From Candidatus Bathyarchaeota archaeon (lineage in GTDB: Archaea; Thermoproteota; Bathyarchaeia; Bathyarchaeales; Bathycorpusculaceae), in assembly GCA_963780185.1 (NCBI GenBank), contig CAWABA010000005.1, positions 1-64,000 of the forward strand: DNA of 64,000 bases. Direction: 5' to 3'. The notes beneath the pieces were generated by a model. That model saw only the letters and a list, made by a program, of their open reading frames with translations, was not told the DNA's origin and did not search any database. Positions within the stretch are counted from its first letter, which is position 1. Each line of letters starts with the position of its first letter. Positions 9,315 to 20,258 of this stretch are shown one piece after another. The translations under genes and the position numbers were made by a program.

Positions 9315-9989
9315 TTAAGCGGTACTTTGGCACGTTTTTTTGCCCCGTCTCCCGAAAAGCAGCGCTGCTGTGACGATGACCACCGCCGTGACTGCTAGGG
9401 CGGAAGCCATGATTTCGTCGGATGCAGAAACGGTTGGTGCAGTCAAAGTCGGGTTCGCAGTAACATGTGCGGCGGCGTCCATGTTCATCGGGGTGCTAGA
9501 TGGCGAAGGCGATGGCGAGAGATTTGGGGTTGGAGACGGCGAGGAAGTAATCAAATCGTTGTTTGATGTTTTAACGGTGACTATTGGTCCTGAGGCGTCG
9601 AGTGTGTTGCCTGCTGAATCGTTTATTTGTACGCAGATTTCGTAGCTTCCAGGGGTGGCTTGGTTGTATTCGAGTTTTTGGGAAGTGGCGCCTGGCACAT
9701 CTACCGAAGGCGTAAACATCATGTCCACAGGGTTACTACTCCATACTTCCGTTGACCACTGATAACTGAAAGGCGGCACTCCGAAAAGGGGGTTTGCGGC
9801 AAATTCAACATTTTGACCCACAGAAACCGTGACATTGTAAGGTGGCGAACCCGTTAGGGGCGGTCCGTTGGTAACCTCAAAGTCCACGTATAGTGCTACG
9901 TTTGTAGCCTTAGCAGGGTGGATTCCGAGGGGTAGCGAGGTTAATAGGCACAGAACAAGAATCGTCGGCAGAACAATTTCTTTTCTCAT
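9315..9989 (-). CDS. membrane-anchored secreted protein (PKD/Ig-like domain, S/P/T linker)
   Basis: Signal peptide, G.PPFSYQW, SP-rich linker, C-terminal TM with basic tail. Confidence 0.6.
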   Translation of the reverse strand: MRKEIVLPTILVLCLLTSLPLGIHPAKATNVALYVDFEVTNGPPLTGSPPYNVTVSVGQNVEFAANPLFGVPPFSYQWSTEVWSSNPVDMMFTPSVDVPGATSQKLEYNQATPGSYEICVQINDSAGNTLDASGPIVTVKTSNNDLITSSPSPTPNLSPSPSPSSTPMNMDAAAHVTANPTLTAPTVSASDEIMASALAVTAVVIVTAALLFGRRGKKTCQSTA

Positions 9990-10153
9990 CGGTCACACGT
10001 CACGATGAATAATTCTCAATAAGTGACATTTAGTTCTACTGTAGGAACATAATGTTCCAAAAGTGGAACGCATCTCATGAGCTAGTAGTCCTCTTTGTGG
10101 ATAGAGTGCCTTAACTATAGATAATCATTTTAGGCATACTGCGAAAATAGTGA

Positions 10154-11380
10154 ATGGGAAACGACAATTTGAAAATCAAAGCCCTATCCTACGCTGTACT
10201 GTTCTTGCTCTTGGCTTCCCTACTCGCAGGAAGTTTGCAGCAGCAAACGACCAGCCTAGGACAGGTCAGCGGCTCCGTAATGATAAATGGCGTTTTGGCA
10301 CATCAGATGTCTTCCGCAAAGGCGCAGTTGCTGGCAAACTCCAACATCAGCTGGGTCAGCGGCGACGTAACCTTCAACCCATCTGACATCAGCCAATGGA
10401 GCCAAATCTACAGCTTAGCCCAGCAGAACCACCTTAACCTGATGGGCATCCTTGACCAGCACCTCATGAACAACACTGGCTTCACTCTGGGTGACTGGAC
10501 CAACGCGGTGACGCAGGCTGTGCAGGCTTTCGGCGGCGTTAAAGTTTGGGAAATCTGGAATGAGCCCAACTTCGCCGACAACACCTTAGGCTATTTTGAC
10601 GGTTCCCCGCAGGCATACGTCGACATGCTGCGGACCGCTTACAACGTCATAAAAGCCGCTGCGCCCTCGGACACCGTGATTGGGTTAGGCGGCATGCCTC
10701 TGTATGACTCCGGAATCGTCAACGGCGTACAAACCATGAACTACTACACCAACCAATCTTACATTTGGGCTTCGCAGGTTGTGCAGCTTGGCGGCATGAA
10801 TTACTGTGACGCCGTAGCCGTCCACGCCTACCCCTACGGCATGTACTTTTCCTTCCTTGCTGGGGCAACGTTCACAAACTACATGCAGCAGTATAGCCAG
10901 CTTTGCGGCAAACCAGTCTGGGTGACCGAAGTCGGGCAAGAATCCTCCAGTTCCACTTGGGCAGCCACTCAAGATCAACAAGCCTCCTTCTTAAATCAAA
11001 GTTACAACCTGCTTCGGAGCGCAGGTGCCAAAGCTTACTTCTGGTACGAACTAGCCGACAACTACGCAGCGGGCTCTGCATCCAATTCATACTTTGGTTT
11101 GTTCGATAGCAGTGGGAACTCGAAGGAGGCTTGGGGAACGTATGTCGCCGTCGTCAATGGGCAGCCAGCGTCGACTGCCACGTCCACACAGAACCCGTCA
11201 ATCACTTCGTCCCCGAAACCGTCAACGTCGCTGTCCCAGAGCCCATCGTCCGCGGCAACTCCGACTGCCACCCCGTCTAAATCTGTTCCTGAAGAAAACT
11301 ACGCCGCAGCCCTCGTCGCCATTCTGATAATATCAATTGCGGCTGCAATATCGACTTATCTAAAGAAACATCGGGCTTAG
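10154..11380 (+). CDS. secreted clan GH-A glycoside hydrolase (GH5/GH39-like)
   Basis: WEIWNEP acid/base, AVHAY, PVWVTEVG nucleophile, YFWYE; S/T linker and PE-TM-basic tail. Confidence 0.8.
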   Translation: MGNDNLKIKALSYAVLFLLLASLLAGSLQQQTTSLGQVSGSVMINGVLAHQMSSAKAQLLANSNISWVSGDVTFNPSDISQWSQIYSLAQQNHLNLMGILDQHLMNNTGFTLGDWTNAVTQAVQAFGGVKVWEIWNEPNFADNTLGYFDGSPQAYVDMLRTAYNVIKAAAPSDTVIGLGGMPLYDSGIVNGVQTMNYYTNQSYIWASQVVQLGGMNYCDAVAVHAYPYGMYFSFLAGATFTNYMQQYSQLCGKPVWVTEVGQESSSSTWAATQDQQASFLNQSYNLLRSAGAKAYFWYELADNYAAGSASNSYFGLFDSSGNSKEAWGTYVAVVNGQPASTATSTQNPSITSSPKPSTSLSQSPSSAATPTATPSKSVPEENYAAALVAILIISIAAAISTYLKKHRA

Positions 11381-11610
11381 AATACCCAAACGTTTCACTT
11401 TTGACGTAAAATTCTTAGGACACTATTAAACTGTTTTTCGGATTTCTTTAAGAGCTCATGGATATTTTTTTCTTGGTTTCGAGTTTTCAGAGTCGAATTA
11501 GGCAGTTTTCTTGCTAAGTCGGGCTTCCTTCTTTGACGCTTTTGAGTTTTCCTAAGCGATTAGTTTTAAATTGTTTCGGCAGCTACGGGTCAATTCTCTG
11601 ATGTGACGAC

Positions 11611-12387
11611 ATGTCAGATTCGAAAGTGAGTGATGCACAGGCTGGTTCTGCTAGCGTCGCCGCTAAACTTAAGACTGCGATGGCTTACAGGAACGCCCGC
11701 AAATACGAGAGCGCGTTGAGGTCGATTGATGAAGCCCTCTCCATTCAACCCGACGCAGAAGTGGCTTGGCTGACCAAAGGCGTTGTTTTGGCGGAGCTGG
11801 GACGATGCAGCGAGTCGCTGGCTTGCTATGACAAGTTAATTGCTTTGGATGCGTCTTCTTCGGTTGCGTATCGGCTGAAGGGTGCGACGTTTGAGATGCA
11901 GGGTTCCTACGCTAAAGCCGCCGACTGCTTTTTGAAGGCTGTTGAGTTAGAGCCGAGCAACATGGGTTTGCGTTTGAACTTGGCGAATAGCTACAAGAAA
12001 CAGAAAAAATACGACGAAGCTTTGAAGTGTTATCAGCAGATACTTGAACATGAACCCCAAAACCCCACATTCAATTACTTTGTCGGAATCGCCTTGGGTG
12101 ACATGGGCAACTATGAGGCGGCGCTGGGTTTCTTCGACGAGGCACTAAAGCTCAAGCCCGAGTACAACGAAGCCGCGTTGGCTAAGGGGTTCGTGCTGAC
12201 TAAGCTGGGACGAGGCGACGAAGCCAAAGCTTGCACAGACAAGTTGTTGGGGACAGAAAAAGAAGCAGCCAGCCCAAAAGATGCCAGCCCCAAAGACGCT
12301 GATTACGCTTCGTTGAACGATTCCTGCAGGCAGGATTATGCGGCGTCCCAGAGACGGTTCAAAGACGCTTTTTCCCCTCCCCAATAG
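11611..12387 (+). CDS. tetratricopeptide repeat protein
   Basis: Repeated AW..KG..L..LG..EAL..YD.AL...P units. Confidence 0.85.
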   Translation: MSDSKVSDAQAGSASVAAKLKTAMAYRNARKYESALRSIDEALSIQPDAEVAWLTKGVVLAELGRCSESLACYDKLIALDASSSVAYRLKGATFEMQGSYAKAADCFLKAVELEPSNMGLRLNLANSYKKQKKYDEALKCYQQILEHEPQNPTFNYFVGIALGDMGNYEAALGFFDEALKLKPEYNEAALAKGFVLTKLGRGDEAKACTDKLLGTEKEAASPKDASPKDADYASLNDSCRQDYAASQRRFKDAFSPPQ

Positions 12388-12415
12388 ATTCGTAAATCGC
12401 AGCGGCTTGCGGTGG

Positions 12416-13975
12416 CTACTCGATTTTCGCGGTGATCCAGACGAACATGGGTCCGATTACGTTTATGGTCTTCTTGTTTGACCGCAGGTATCTTCTTACG
12501 GCGTCGTTGATTTCCATGTTGACGTCGGTGAGGCTTCGAATCATTTTGGCTTCCACCACGACTTCTTTTTCGCCTTTAGCGGCGGCTTGCTCTATCTCGT
12601 AGGCTGCCTTGTTCGCCAACCCCAGCATGTAACTGTGCGGGGTCTTGAGGACGTCTTCAGGGACTTTTTTGGGCATAGCGCCGATGATGTTTGCATCCTT
12701 CACCACAATGGGGTTAAGCGCCGCTGGACCCAGAAGCCGCTTGTTCTCTTCGTTCTTGACAATTTTCACGGTTAGGTTCTTGCCCATGAAGCTGCCCTCA
12801 AACGCCGTCACTTTTGCTGGCGTGGGGTCGTCTGCGTGTTTGGCTGCGGTTTCGTAGATGAGGTTAGCTAGGTTTTTGCCTTCAGTCGATTTGGGGGCCT
12901 CTATCAACCTTAACGAGTTGGCTACTTCTTGGGAGCTGAACACTTTGCTCTGGTACAAATATGGGTAAACGACTTTGCGGATGTCGTTTTCGCCGCTTAG
13001 AATCATCAGCATCCGCTCCAGCCCAAAGCCGAAGTTCCAGACAGGATGCGCAATCTTGTACTTGCTCAGCGGCACGGGACTGTAGAAGCCAGCGTCGCCT
13101 ATCTCCAGCATTTTTTCCATGCGCGGATGCTTCACGAAAATCTCGTACTCCGTCTGTGGGGCATAGTATTTGGAGGTGGCGGTTTTTTTGGTGAAGCTGA
13201 CTTGGCTAAACCCGAGTTTCGCAAATATTTGCCTAACCACTTCCAGCCCGTCTTCCACGCTAAACTCATCCGCCATAATCACGATCGAAGCCGTCTGCGA
13301 ATCGTAGAGGTGGGTTGCGTCAAGCTTCTGTTCCCGACGGTATTTGGGTCCTATGGAGAACAGCTGTATCGGCAGGGGCTCGCGGTTTTGGTATTCCGAC
13401 AGGACGCCGAACCAACCCGCCGTCGTGTGGCTGCGAAGAGTCATGCTAAGAGGCAGCGGCTTTAGGTCTTTGAGTTCTTTGAAGACGTCGTTAAGTAGAC
13501 TTGTCGCCTGCTCCTCCTTAATCTTCAGCTCGTTAACCATTAACTCGACTAGGTTGTCCGAGTCGATTTTGCCTTTTTTATATTTTCGGAAGATTGCTTT
13601 GAGCTTTTCGAACGCGGCGAAGTCGGGAACTACCTTTTTGATTTCTTCCATCCGCTTCTCGCTGATGCCGATGTCAGGTCGGTCTAGACCAGCCAAAAAG
13701 AATATGCGGTCTAAAATGACGGGTGCTTCGGGACCGTACTGCTGGTAAACTTCGCCTTTTTCGATGAGGACGGGTACGATGGCTTCGGTGAACCCGATGT
13801 CTAAAAGCGTGTTTCTGACTTTGAAGATAAGGCTCATTAGGTCATGTTCTTTGCGTTTGTTCTGCAGGGTAAAGAAGCGTCCTTCCTGCTTTAGCAGCTT
13901 CGCTGTTTCCAGCCAAGTCTTCTCGTAATCCAATTCAGAATCTTTCTTGATTTTGTGAACATTAAATTTTACCAA
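12416..13975 (-). CDS. sepS: O-phosphoseryl-tRNA(Cys) synthetase (SepRS)
   Basis: QYGPEAPVILDRIFFLAGLDRPDIG, TLRSHTTAGWF, RREQKLDATHL, SKYYAP, GLERM. Confidence 0.93.
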   Translation of the reverse strand: MVKFNVHKIKKDSELDYEKTWLETAKLLKQEGRFFTLQNKRKEHDLMSLIFKVRNTLLDIGFTEAIVPVLIEKGEVYQQYGPEAPVILDRIFFLAGLDRPDIGISEKRMEEIKKVVPDFAAFEKLKAIFRKYKKGKIDSDNLVELMVNELKIKEEQATSLLNDVFKELKDLKPLPLSMTLRSHTTAGWFGVLSEYQNREPLPIQLFSIGPKYRREQKLDATHLYDSQTASIVIMADEFSVEDGLEVVRQIFAKLGFSQVSFTKKTATSKYYAPQTEYEIFVKHPRMEKMLEIGDAGFYSPVPLSKYKIAHPVWNFGFGLERMLMILSGENDIRKVVYPYLYQSKVFSSQEVANSLRLIEAPKSTEGKNLANLIYETAAKHADDPTPAKVTAFEGSFMGKNLTVKIVKNEENKRLLGPAALNPIVVKDANIIGAMPKKVPEDVLKTPHSYMLGLANKAAYEIEQAAAKGEKEVVVEAKMIRSLTDVNMEINDAVRRYLRSNKKTINVIGPMFVWITAKIE

Positions 13976-14036
13976 ACAAATATCCCAACTTTAATGTCAA
14001 GCGAGTTAGAGGCTTTTTCCCTAACTCCTAAAACTT

Positions 14037-15248
14037 ATGAATGGAGATAATTATAAAAGCATATCTGACAAGCTAGCTATGATGGTTCTTATGTGCGAAT
14101 CGCTTGACACTTCTAAACTTAAGAATCTAACCCGCGAAAGAGAAGGCTTCATCAATATCGACCCCTTGCAGACAGGCGGCAAACTGTACCCCGAATCCAA
14201 GGTGGCGTTGCAGAATTGGGGGGACGGCTACTCCGTCTGCGACTTCTGCGGCGGCAGGCTCGACGAAATCAAGAACCCGCCCATCTTCGACTTCGTGCAC
14301 ACGATGCTTCCCAAGTTCCTCGGCATCGACGTTGCCCGCGTCACCAACGGCGCACGGGAAGGCATCGACACAGTTATGCATTCCATGTGCAACGCAGGCG
14401 ACACTGTGGTAATCGACAAGAACGCACATTACACAAGCTATGTGGCAGCGCAACGCAACAACTTGAACATTAAAGAGGTTCTTAACGGTGGCTACCCTGA
14501 ATTTAAGATTGACCCAGAAAAATACGGCGTAGCCATCGAGGAAGTCAAGCAAGCCACGGGTAAACTTCCATCCCTGACTCTGCTCACTTACCCAGATGGC
14601 AGCTACGGCAACATAGTAGACGCGAAACGGGTAGCGGAAATCTCCCATCAATACGGAATACCCTTTCTGCTCAACGGCGCCTACGCAGTCGGACGGATGC
14701 CTGTTTCAGCGCGGGAACTGGGCTGCGACTTCATTGTCGGCTCAGGGCACAAAAGTATGGCGGCATGCGGGCCAGTCGGCGTCGTGGGACTCAAAAGCGA
14801 GTTTGAACCTAAAGTTCTGCGGAAATCAGCAACCCACAAAATCAAAGAGGTGGAACTTCTCGGCTGCACTTCACGGGGGGCGCCTCTGATTACTTTGATG
14901 ACCAGCTTCCCGTTTGTAGTTGAACGGATAAGGCATTGGGATGAAGAAGTTGCGAAGGCAAGGTGGTTCAGCCAAGAAATTGAAAACATCGGACTCAAAC
15001 AGTTGGGCGAAAAACCACACAGCCACGACCTCATGTTCATCGAATCCCAGAAGTTCTTTGACATATCGCAGAAGCATCCTAAACGCGGCTACTTCCTGCA
15101 TAGCGACCTCAAAGAACGAGGCATCGTCGGCATCAAACCTGGGCTTACAAAGAACTTTAAGATGTCAACTTTCCAGGTCAAGGAAGAAGACCTGAAAAAA
15201 GTCGTTACTGCATTCAAAGAAATCCTAAGCAAATACGGCGCCGCCTAA
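14037..15248 (+). CDS. pscS: Sep-tRNA:Cys-tRNA synthase (SepCysS)
   Basis: [34 protein letters not shown] lysine, LLGCTSRG; start may be at 14079 or 14091. Confidence 0.95.
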   Translation: MNGDNYKSISDKLAMMVLMCESLDTSKLKNLTREREGFINIDPLQTGGKLYPESKVALQNWGDGYSVCDFCGGRLDEIKNPPIFDFVHTMLPKFLGIDVARVTNGAREGIDTVMHSMCNAGDTVVIDKNAHYTSYVAAQRNNLNIKEVLNGGYPEFKIDPEKYGVAIEEVKQATGKLPSLTLLTYPDGSYGNIVDAKRVAEISHQYGIPFLLNGAYAVGRMPVSARELGCDFIVGSGHKSMAACGPVGVVGLKSEFEPKVLRKSATHKIKEVELLGCTSRGAPLITLMTSFPFVVERIRHWDEEVAKARWFSQEIENIGLKQLGEKPHSHDLMFIESQKFFDISQKHPKRGYFLHSDLKERGIVGIKPGLTKNFKMSTFQVKEEDLKKVVTAFKEILSKYGAA

Positions 15249-15272
15249 GACACGCGGGTTGCAAGGAGCCCG

Positions 15273-16697
15273 TTAAGCTTTTTCTTTATGCCACCTTACG
15301 CCCTGAGGTGTGTCCTCAAGTATTATGCCCATTGCCTTGAGCTGTGCTCTTATGGCGTCGGCTTCTTTCCAGTTCTTCGCCCTTCGTGCCTCTTCCCGTT
15401 TCTGCACTAGTGCGTCGATGTCAGTTGAAAGGGCTTCTTCAACTTCCACTTTGCCTATGACACCTAAAACCTCGTCCATGCTCATCATTAAGCCGCCGAC
15501 ATCCGCCGCTTCCTGCTTACTCACAGTGCCGGCGTCAAGCAGGTTGTTTATTTCCCGTACAAAATCAAAAAGTGATGCTATCGCGGTGCCGATGTCGAGG
15601 TCATCATCCATTGAGCCGCCGAAGCACGCTTGCAGCTTCTCGGATACGGTGGCAACGGCTCCTTTGCTGTCTCGCTCGCCTTCGACTTCATGTAGCCGCC
15701 GCAAAAAGTTGCGTAGCTTACCCACCGCGCTTTTCGCCGATTCTAAGGCTTCAAACGTAAAGTTGAATTGCTGCCGATAATGAACCGACATCAGCAGGAA
15801 CCGTATCGCAGTCGGGTCGCACTCCTTCGCCAGCAGGTCGCGTAGGGTGTAGTAGTTGCCGAGGCTTTTGGACATTTTTTTGCCCTCCACCTGCAGATGC
15901 TCGTTGTGGAGCCAGTAGTTGACGAATTTTTTGCCGCTTGCTGCCTCGCTTTGTGCAATCTCGTTTTCGTGATGCGGGAACATGTTGTCGACGCCGCCGC
16001 AGTGAATGTCAAAGGTTTCGCCCAGATACCGCATGGACATAGCCGAGCACTCCACATGCCAGCCTGGCCTGCCCTTGCCAAGCTCCGTTTCCCAGTAAAC
16101 GTCGCCGTCCTGAGGCGTCCAAGCCTTCCACAGGGCGAAATCCTGTGCTTCTTCTTTGGCGTACTCGTCTTGGCTGACCCGTGCGCCCGCTTTTAACTCG
16201 CCAGTTTTCAACTTTGAAAGCTTGCCGTAGGTTGGGAACTTGCTGATGCAGTAGTAGATTGAGCCGTCTTCGCCACGGTACGCATAGCCCTTAGCCATCA
16301 AAGCCTTGATGAGAGTGACCATTTCGGGAATATGGTCGGTGGCTCTGGGGTAAACGTCGGCTGGCACTATATTCAGGGTTTTGAGGTCTTCAAAAAAGGC
16401 TTTGATGTAGAAATCGGTGAATTGCCGAAGCGGCAACCCCTCCTTTTGGCTGCCCTTAATTGTTTTGTCGTCCACATCTGTGAGGTTCATCACGTGGGTG
16501 ACCTTGAAACCTCGATGCACAAGCCAGCGTTTGAGCAAATCTTCGAAGAGGAAGGCGCGGAAGTTGCCGATGTGTGCGTAGGCGTAGACTGTGGGGCCGC
16601 AGGTGTAGATTTTGACTTTGGCCGTTTCCAGCGGTTTGAAGGGTTCTTTTCTGCGGGTTAGGGTGTTGAAAAGAAGTATTTTGGGTTGTTCGGTCAT
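15273..16697 (-). CDS. cysS: cysteinyl-tRNA synthetase
   Basis: CGPTVY..HIGN, GRPGWHVECSAM, FPHHENE, KMSKS. Confidence 0.97.
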   Translation of the reverse strand: MTEQPKILLFNTLTRRKEPFKPLETAKVKIYTCGPTVYAYAHIGNFRAFLFEDLLKRWLVHRGFKVTHVMNLTDVDDKTIKGSQKEGLPLRQFTDFYIKAFFEDLKTLNIVPADVYPRATDHIPEMVTLIKALMAKGYAYRGEDGSIYYCISKFPTYGKLSKLKTGELKAGARVSQDEYAKEEAQDFALWKAWTPQDGDVYWETELGKGRPGWHVECSAMSMRYLGETFDIHCGGVDNMFPHHENEIAQSEAASGKKFVNYWLHNEHLQVEGKKMSKSLGNYYTLRDLLAKECDPTAIRFLLMSVHYRQQFNFTFEALESAKSAVGKLRNFLRRLHEVEGERDSKGAVATVSEKLQACFGGSMDDDLDIGTAIASLFDFVREINNLLDAGTVSKQEAADVGGLMMSMDEVLGVIGKVEVEEALSTDIDALVQKREEARRAKNWKEADAIRAQLKAMGIILEDTPQGVRWHKEKA

Positions 16698-16749
16698 TTT
16701 TGCACGGAAAATACAAGCTGCAAAAATTATTTAAGGGTTTAGCAACCTT

Positions 16750-16764
16750 TATAACAACGTTATA
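16750..16764. promoter_or_regulatory. palindromic operator TATAAC-AAC-GTTATA
   Basis: Between divergent cysS and tRNA-Cys; three other copies in the Met/Cys cluster. Confidence 0.7.
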
Positions 16765-16841
16765 TTATGGATTAACAAGCGCTCCACCAAAAATCGTGCT
16801 CCCTTAATATTTTTAGGAGGGACACAACCATAGAATTCCCT

Positions 16842-16917
16842 GCCGGGGTAGCCGAAGGGTTCAGGCGGCAGCCTGCAGAGCTGCTTTATGTGGGTTCAAT
16901 TCCCACCCCCGGCTCCA
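16842..16917 (+). tRNA. tRNA-Cys(GCA) copy 1
   Basis: GCCGGGG/CCCCGGC acceptor, GCAGC-CT-GCA-GA-GCTGC, GGTTCAATTCC T arm, U73, CCA. Confidence 0.95.
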
Positions 16918-16941
16918 ACTGTTACTAACTCCAATTGATTC

Positions 16942-18997
16942 CTATGCGCTATCTTGTTTGAAGCGCTTTTTTGCCTGTCGGTACACAAGAAGTCTCCATG
17001 CAAGCACTATAATTGCAGCCGCTGCAACCGAAGCAACCGCCACATCCACATAAATTGGGGTACTAGCGGGTTTGACAACTTCGAGAGGACGCATCATTTC
17101 GTTGTCTTCATGGTCAAGTATGTGGCAGTGCCAAACGTAACCTGGCCCGACGGTGGGGTCGAATTTGTAGCTTGAGCCGTCTTGGGGCGCAAAGCGGACT
17201 CTTATGGTGACCACTGAGGCGGGTGGAACTTGGATGGTGTCTTTCCAGCATTCTTGATTTAAATATGGCTTTGTCGGGGTGCCAACAAGGTAAGGGTTCA
17301 AAGAGGGCAGGTTTCTGGTTGGGTGGGTTAACGGTGGCTCGCCGTTTAGCTTTGTCCAGTCCGTCAAGTAGGGTATTGAATTCAATGTTTGGGTTTGGAC
17401 AAGCTGGAATTGAACTAGATGCAGATGAATCGGGTGCATATCCATGGTTGGATTAACAATCACCCAATCTTCGGTTGTGCCTAAAACGGGCTTCTCTGAA
17501 ACTGGGGCGTCCCATGTTTGACCGTCAAGCAGCATTTCGTCGTTAGATGGGGCGTTCCCGACCTCGAATAGTGTGAAGACGCGGGTTTTAGTTGGGGTTG
17601 GCAGATTGGGGAAGTTTCCGGCGAGGGTTGGGTTAAGGCTTGTAGGCAAGGTTTTAGCGGCGTCTCCTTTTTTGGCCAATAACGGTGAATTGAATGATTT
17701 GCCCCACAGTTTCTCTTTCATCGCTGGTGAGGGCTGGATCGGCATTCTGCAAGACTATTTTAGTGCCTGTGGGAACGTTGGAGAAATCTATCAGTAAATC
17801 AGCTCTTTCGGCTGGTGCGATGGTGAGGGCGTTTAGGGGTGCCGGAGTTTTAAGGTATCCGCCGTCACTGCCGATTTGCGTAAAGTTCATGCCGTTTGAG
17901 AGGTGAAGGGTGTACGCACGTGAGTTTGAGCCATCTAAAATGCGGAGGCGGTAGACTCCTTGTTTGACATCCATGTTTGGCCAGACTTTGCCGTTGACCA
18001 TGAGGGTGTTGCCGCTGAAGGTCGGGTTCCAGTATGGATGAACACTTGGGTCGCTGCCGTCGCTGGGAAAATACAGGGAGCCATCCGAAAGGAAACTTCG
18101 ATCTTGTATGACCAGCGGCATTTCATATTGACCTGACGGAAGCGATGCGGCTAAGGGGTCATTTGTGCTTCTTAAGATGTAGAAGCCTGCAAGCCCAGCC
18201 ATAACATTAAGCCTTGTTACGCCTAAGGCATGGTCATGATACCAAAGGGTGGTAGGCTGCTGTTCATTGGGGTATTCGAACACTGCCGCGTTTGGATCAG
18301 TCGGGATAACTGTGCTGTAAGCTGGTCCATGTAACCCGTTGGCGGTATACCACGCATCGGGGTTTCCGTCTGAAGCCGACGGGGTTTCGCCGCCATGCAG
18401 GTGAATCACTATTGGCACAGGGCTCTGGGCCTGGGAATATCCAGGCGGAAAAGCAGGTGCTGCTGCCGCGTCAGGCATCTCCATGTTGTTTGGGTTAGCC
18501 CAATGGATGGTTGGGTCGACGGCGAACAGGCTGGGCAGGGGGTTGCCTGAAGCGTCTACAAGGTCGTTGATCCATTTTACTCGGACTGGAACCCCTTGAA
18601 TTGCCTCAAAAGTGCATCCTGGCGTGCTCTGCACCACACCCAAGTTTTCTCCAGTTACAGCGTCTTTTGCTTGGCCTTCGAACCCCCAGACAGTTGTTTT
18701 TCCAAATCCTGTTGGTTGACCGGCAGAGTTTATGGTGGGCAACAGTTGCTGTTGAAATTGGGTTATGCTGACGTTGTAGTCCTGTCGAATGAGCTTGCCA
18801 GAGGCATCGGTGATGTTGCCTGCGGCATAGACTGGTGGAGGTTCAGTTAATTGGTTTGTCCATTGAGGAATTGAATTTGGGTTTAAAAGAGTGGGCGCCT
18901 GAGAGGAGGCATTTATGGTTAGAAAACTGGTCGATATGGAACAAAATAGAATTGCAAAAAGCAAGAGAAAGAAAGCACTCTTCAACTTAGACCCCAA
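16942..18997 (-). CDS. membrane-anchored multicopper oxidase (CotA/bilirubin oxidase-like); frameshift near 17670
   Basis: HLHG, WYHDH, HPIHLH, WHCHILDHEDNEM copper motifs across two ORFs joined by removing one A in CAAAAAAGG. Confidence 0.9.
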
Positions 18998-19082
18998 CAG
19001 TACTAACTCTAATTTAGATATAAAACTTATTTTATTCGGTTTCTTCAGAACGAATTATTAGACAAACTGCGCTGAAAAATTC

Positions 19083-19138
19083 GCTGAGACGAGTTGCAGG
19101 GTTTTTGGATATGGAATTCAATTCCCATCCCAGCTCCA
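19083..19138 (+). pseudogene. degenerate tRNA-Cys-like 3' fragment
   Basis: TGCAG...TTCAATTCCCATCCCAGCTCCA resembles TGCAG...TTCAATTCCCACCCCCGGCTCCA of tRNA-Cys 1. Confidence 0.55.
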
Positions 19139-19222
19139 CTGCTTCTAAGCTTAAATTTTGAGGAACAAAAGTAATCTTCTTATCATACGAGTTTGTTATA
19201 CTGTTTTGGTAATACCTGTGAC

Positions 19223-19448
19223 GATGGAAGAAACTGTTTGCGCAAAGGTTCCAGCTGAACTCAAGAAGAAGCTATCCAACCTAGGCGTGAACGTAAGCGA
19301 AGTAATACGCGAATCTTTGCGGTTAGAAGTGGATCGGTTAGAAAGAGAGCGGCTAAACAAGCTTGCCAACGAAGTATCAGTTATCCTCAAAAAAATCCCG
19401 CCTGAAGAATTCACCGAATCAATACGCGCCTCAAGGGATAATAGATGA
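19223..19448 (+). CDS. VapB/CcdA-like RHH antitoxin
   Basis: VCAKVPAELKKKL..LGVNVSEVIRESL; ATGA overlap with PIN gene. Confidence 0.8.
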
Positions 19449-19876
19449 CAAAGCCCAAGTTGCTGTTTGACTCTAACGCCATATACACGCTCATCCGAGA
19501 AACCCCAGACAAAGCTCTGGATATGCTAATGGAAGGAGCAACGATTTATTTAGCGTACTACGAGATTGGTAACGCCTTATGGCGAGAATGCCTTTTGCTT
19601 AAAAGGATAAGCATTGAGGAAGCTGAAAAATCTTTAAGTTTAATGTACGAAATGCTTGCGCGTATGCAGGTAGCCTCGCTGAATAACGAAAAAGGAAACG
19701 AAACATTGGACACAGCGCATAAGTTCAAATTGACCTTTTATGACTCCGCTTACCTTGTAGAGGCAAAGAAAGACAACCGAATCTTGGTTACTGACGACAA
19801 GAAACTTGCTAAAGCCGCAGAAAACTTCGGTGTAGAAACTCTGTCCAGCAATACGCTCATGAATAGCAACAGGTAA
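19445..19876 (+). CDS. vapC: VapC PIN-domain toxin
   Basis: LFDSN, YEIGNALW, LTFYDSAY, LVTDD. Confidence 0.9.
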   Translation: MTKPKLLFDSNAIYTLIRETPDKALDMLMEGATIYLAYYEIGNALWRECLLLKRISIEEAEKSLSLMYEMLARMQVASLNNEKGNETLDTAHKFKLTFYDSAYLVEAKKDNRILVTDDKKLAKAAENFGVETLSSNTLMNSNR

Positions 19877-20258
19877 AGAGCAACCAACAAATGTTACGCA
19901 CCGCAGGATAATGCTAATGGCTTAAAACCATTTTTTGTGATGCCTCTGGCTTTTGGGCGATTTGGCGGCTTCGCAGAAAAATTTTCTTTTTTTTTGAATT
20001 TATCTAATAATTTCTTTAATGCAGATTGCTGCTTTGCAAAAATGTTTGCTTGCCAGTGTCACTGTCAAACATGCTATTTTTCCTTCAAATTAATCCAAAA
20101 AGCTTTTTTAAGTGAACGTAATGGTCGATAAAGACTCTACATGATAAACCAACCTCTCACAAGCAGTCCAAGCGATTCGTTAGCAAGCATGGTCGGCTTT
20201 ATCTCTGCAGTTTGGAAGACCGAGGTTCCCCAAGATTCTTCTTGATTGAGGCGTAGAC

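Noticed and set aside
20120-20258. Structured 5' leader of the Ehr operon as a riboswitch
   Set aside because: Only weak pairing seen, and I could not match fluoride, NiCo, ykkC or other consensus motifs; needs an Infernal/Rfam search
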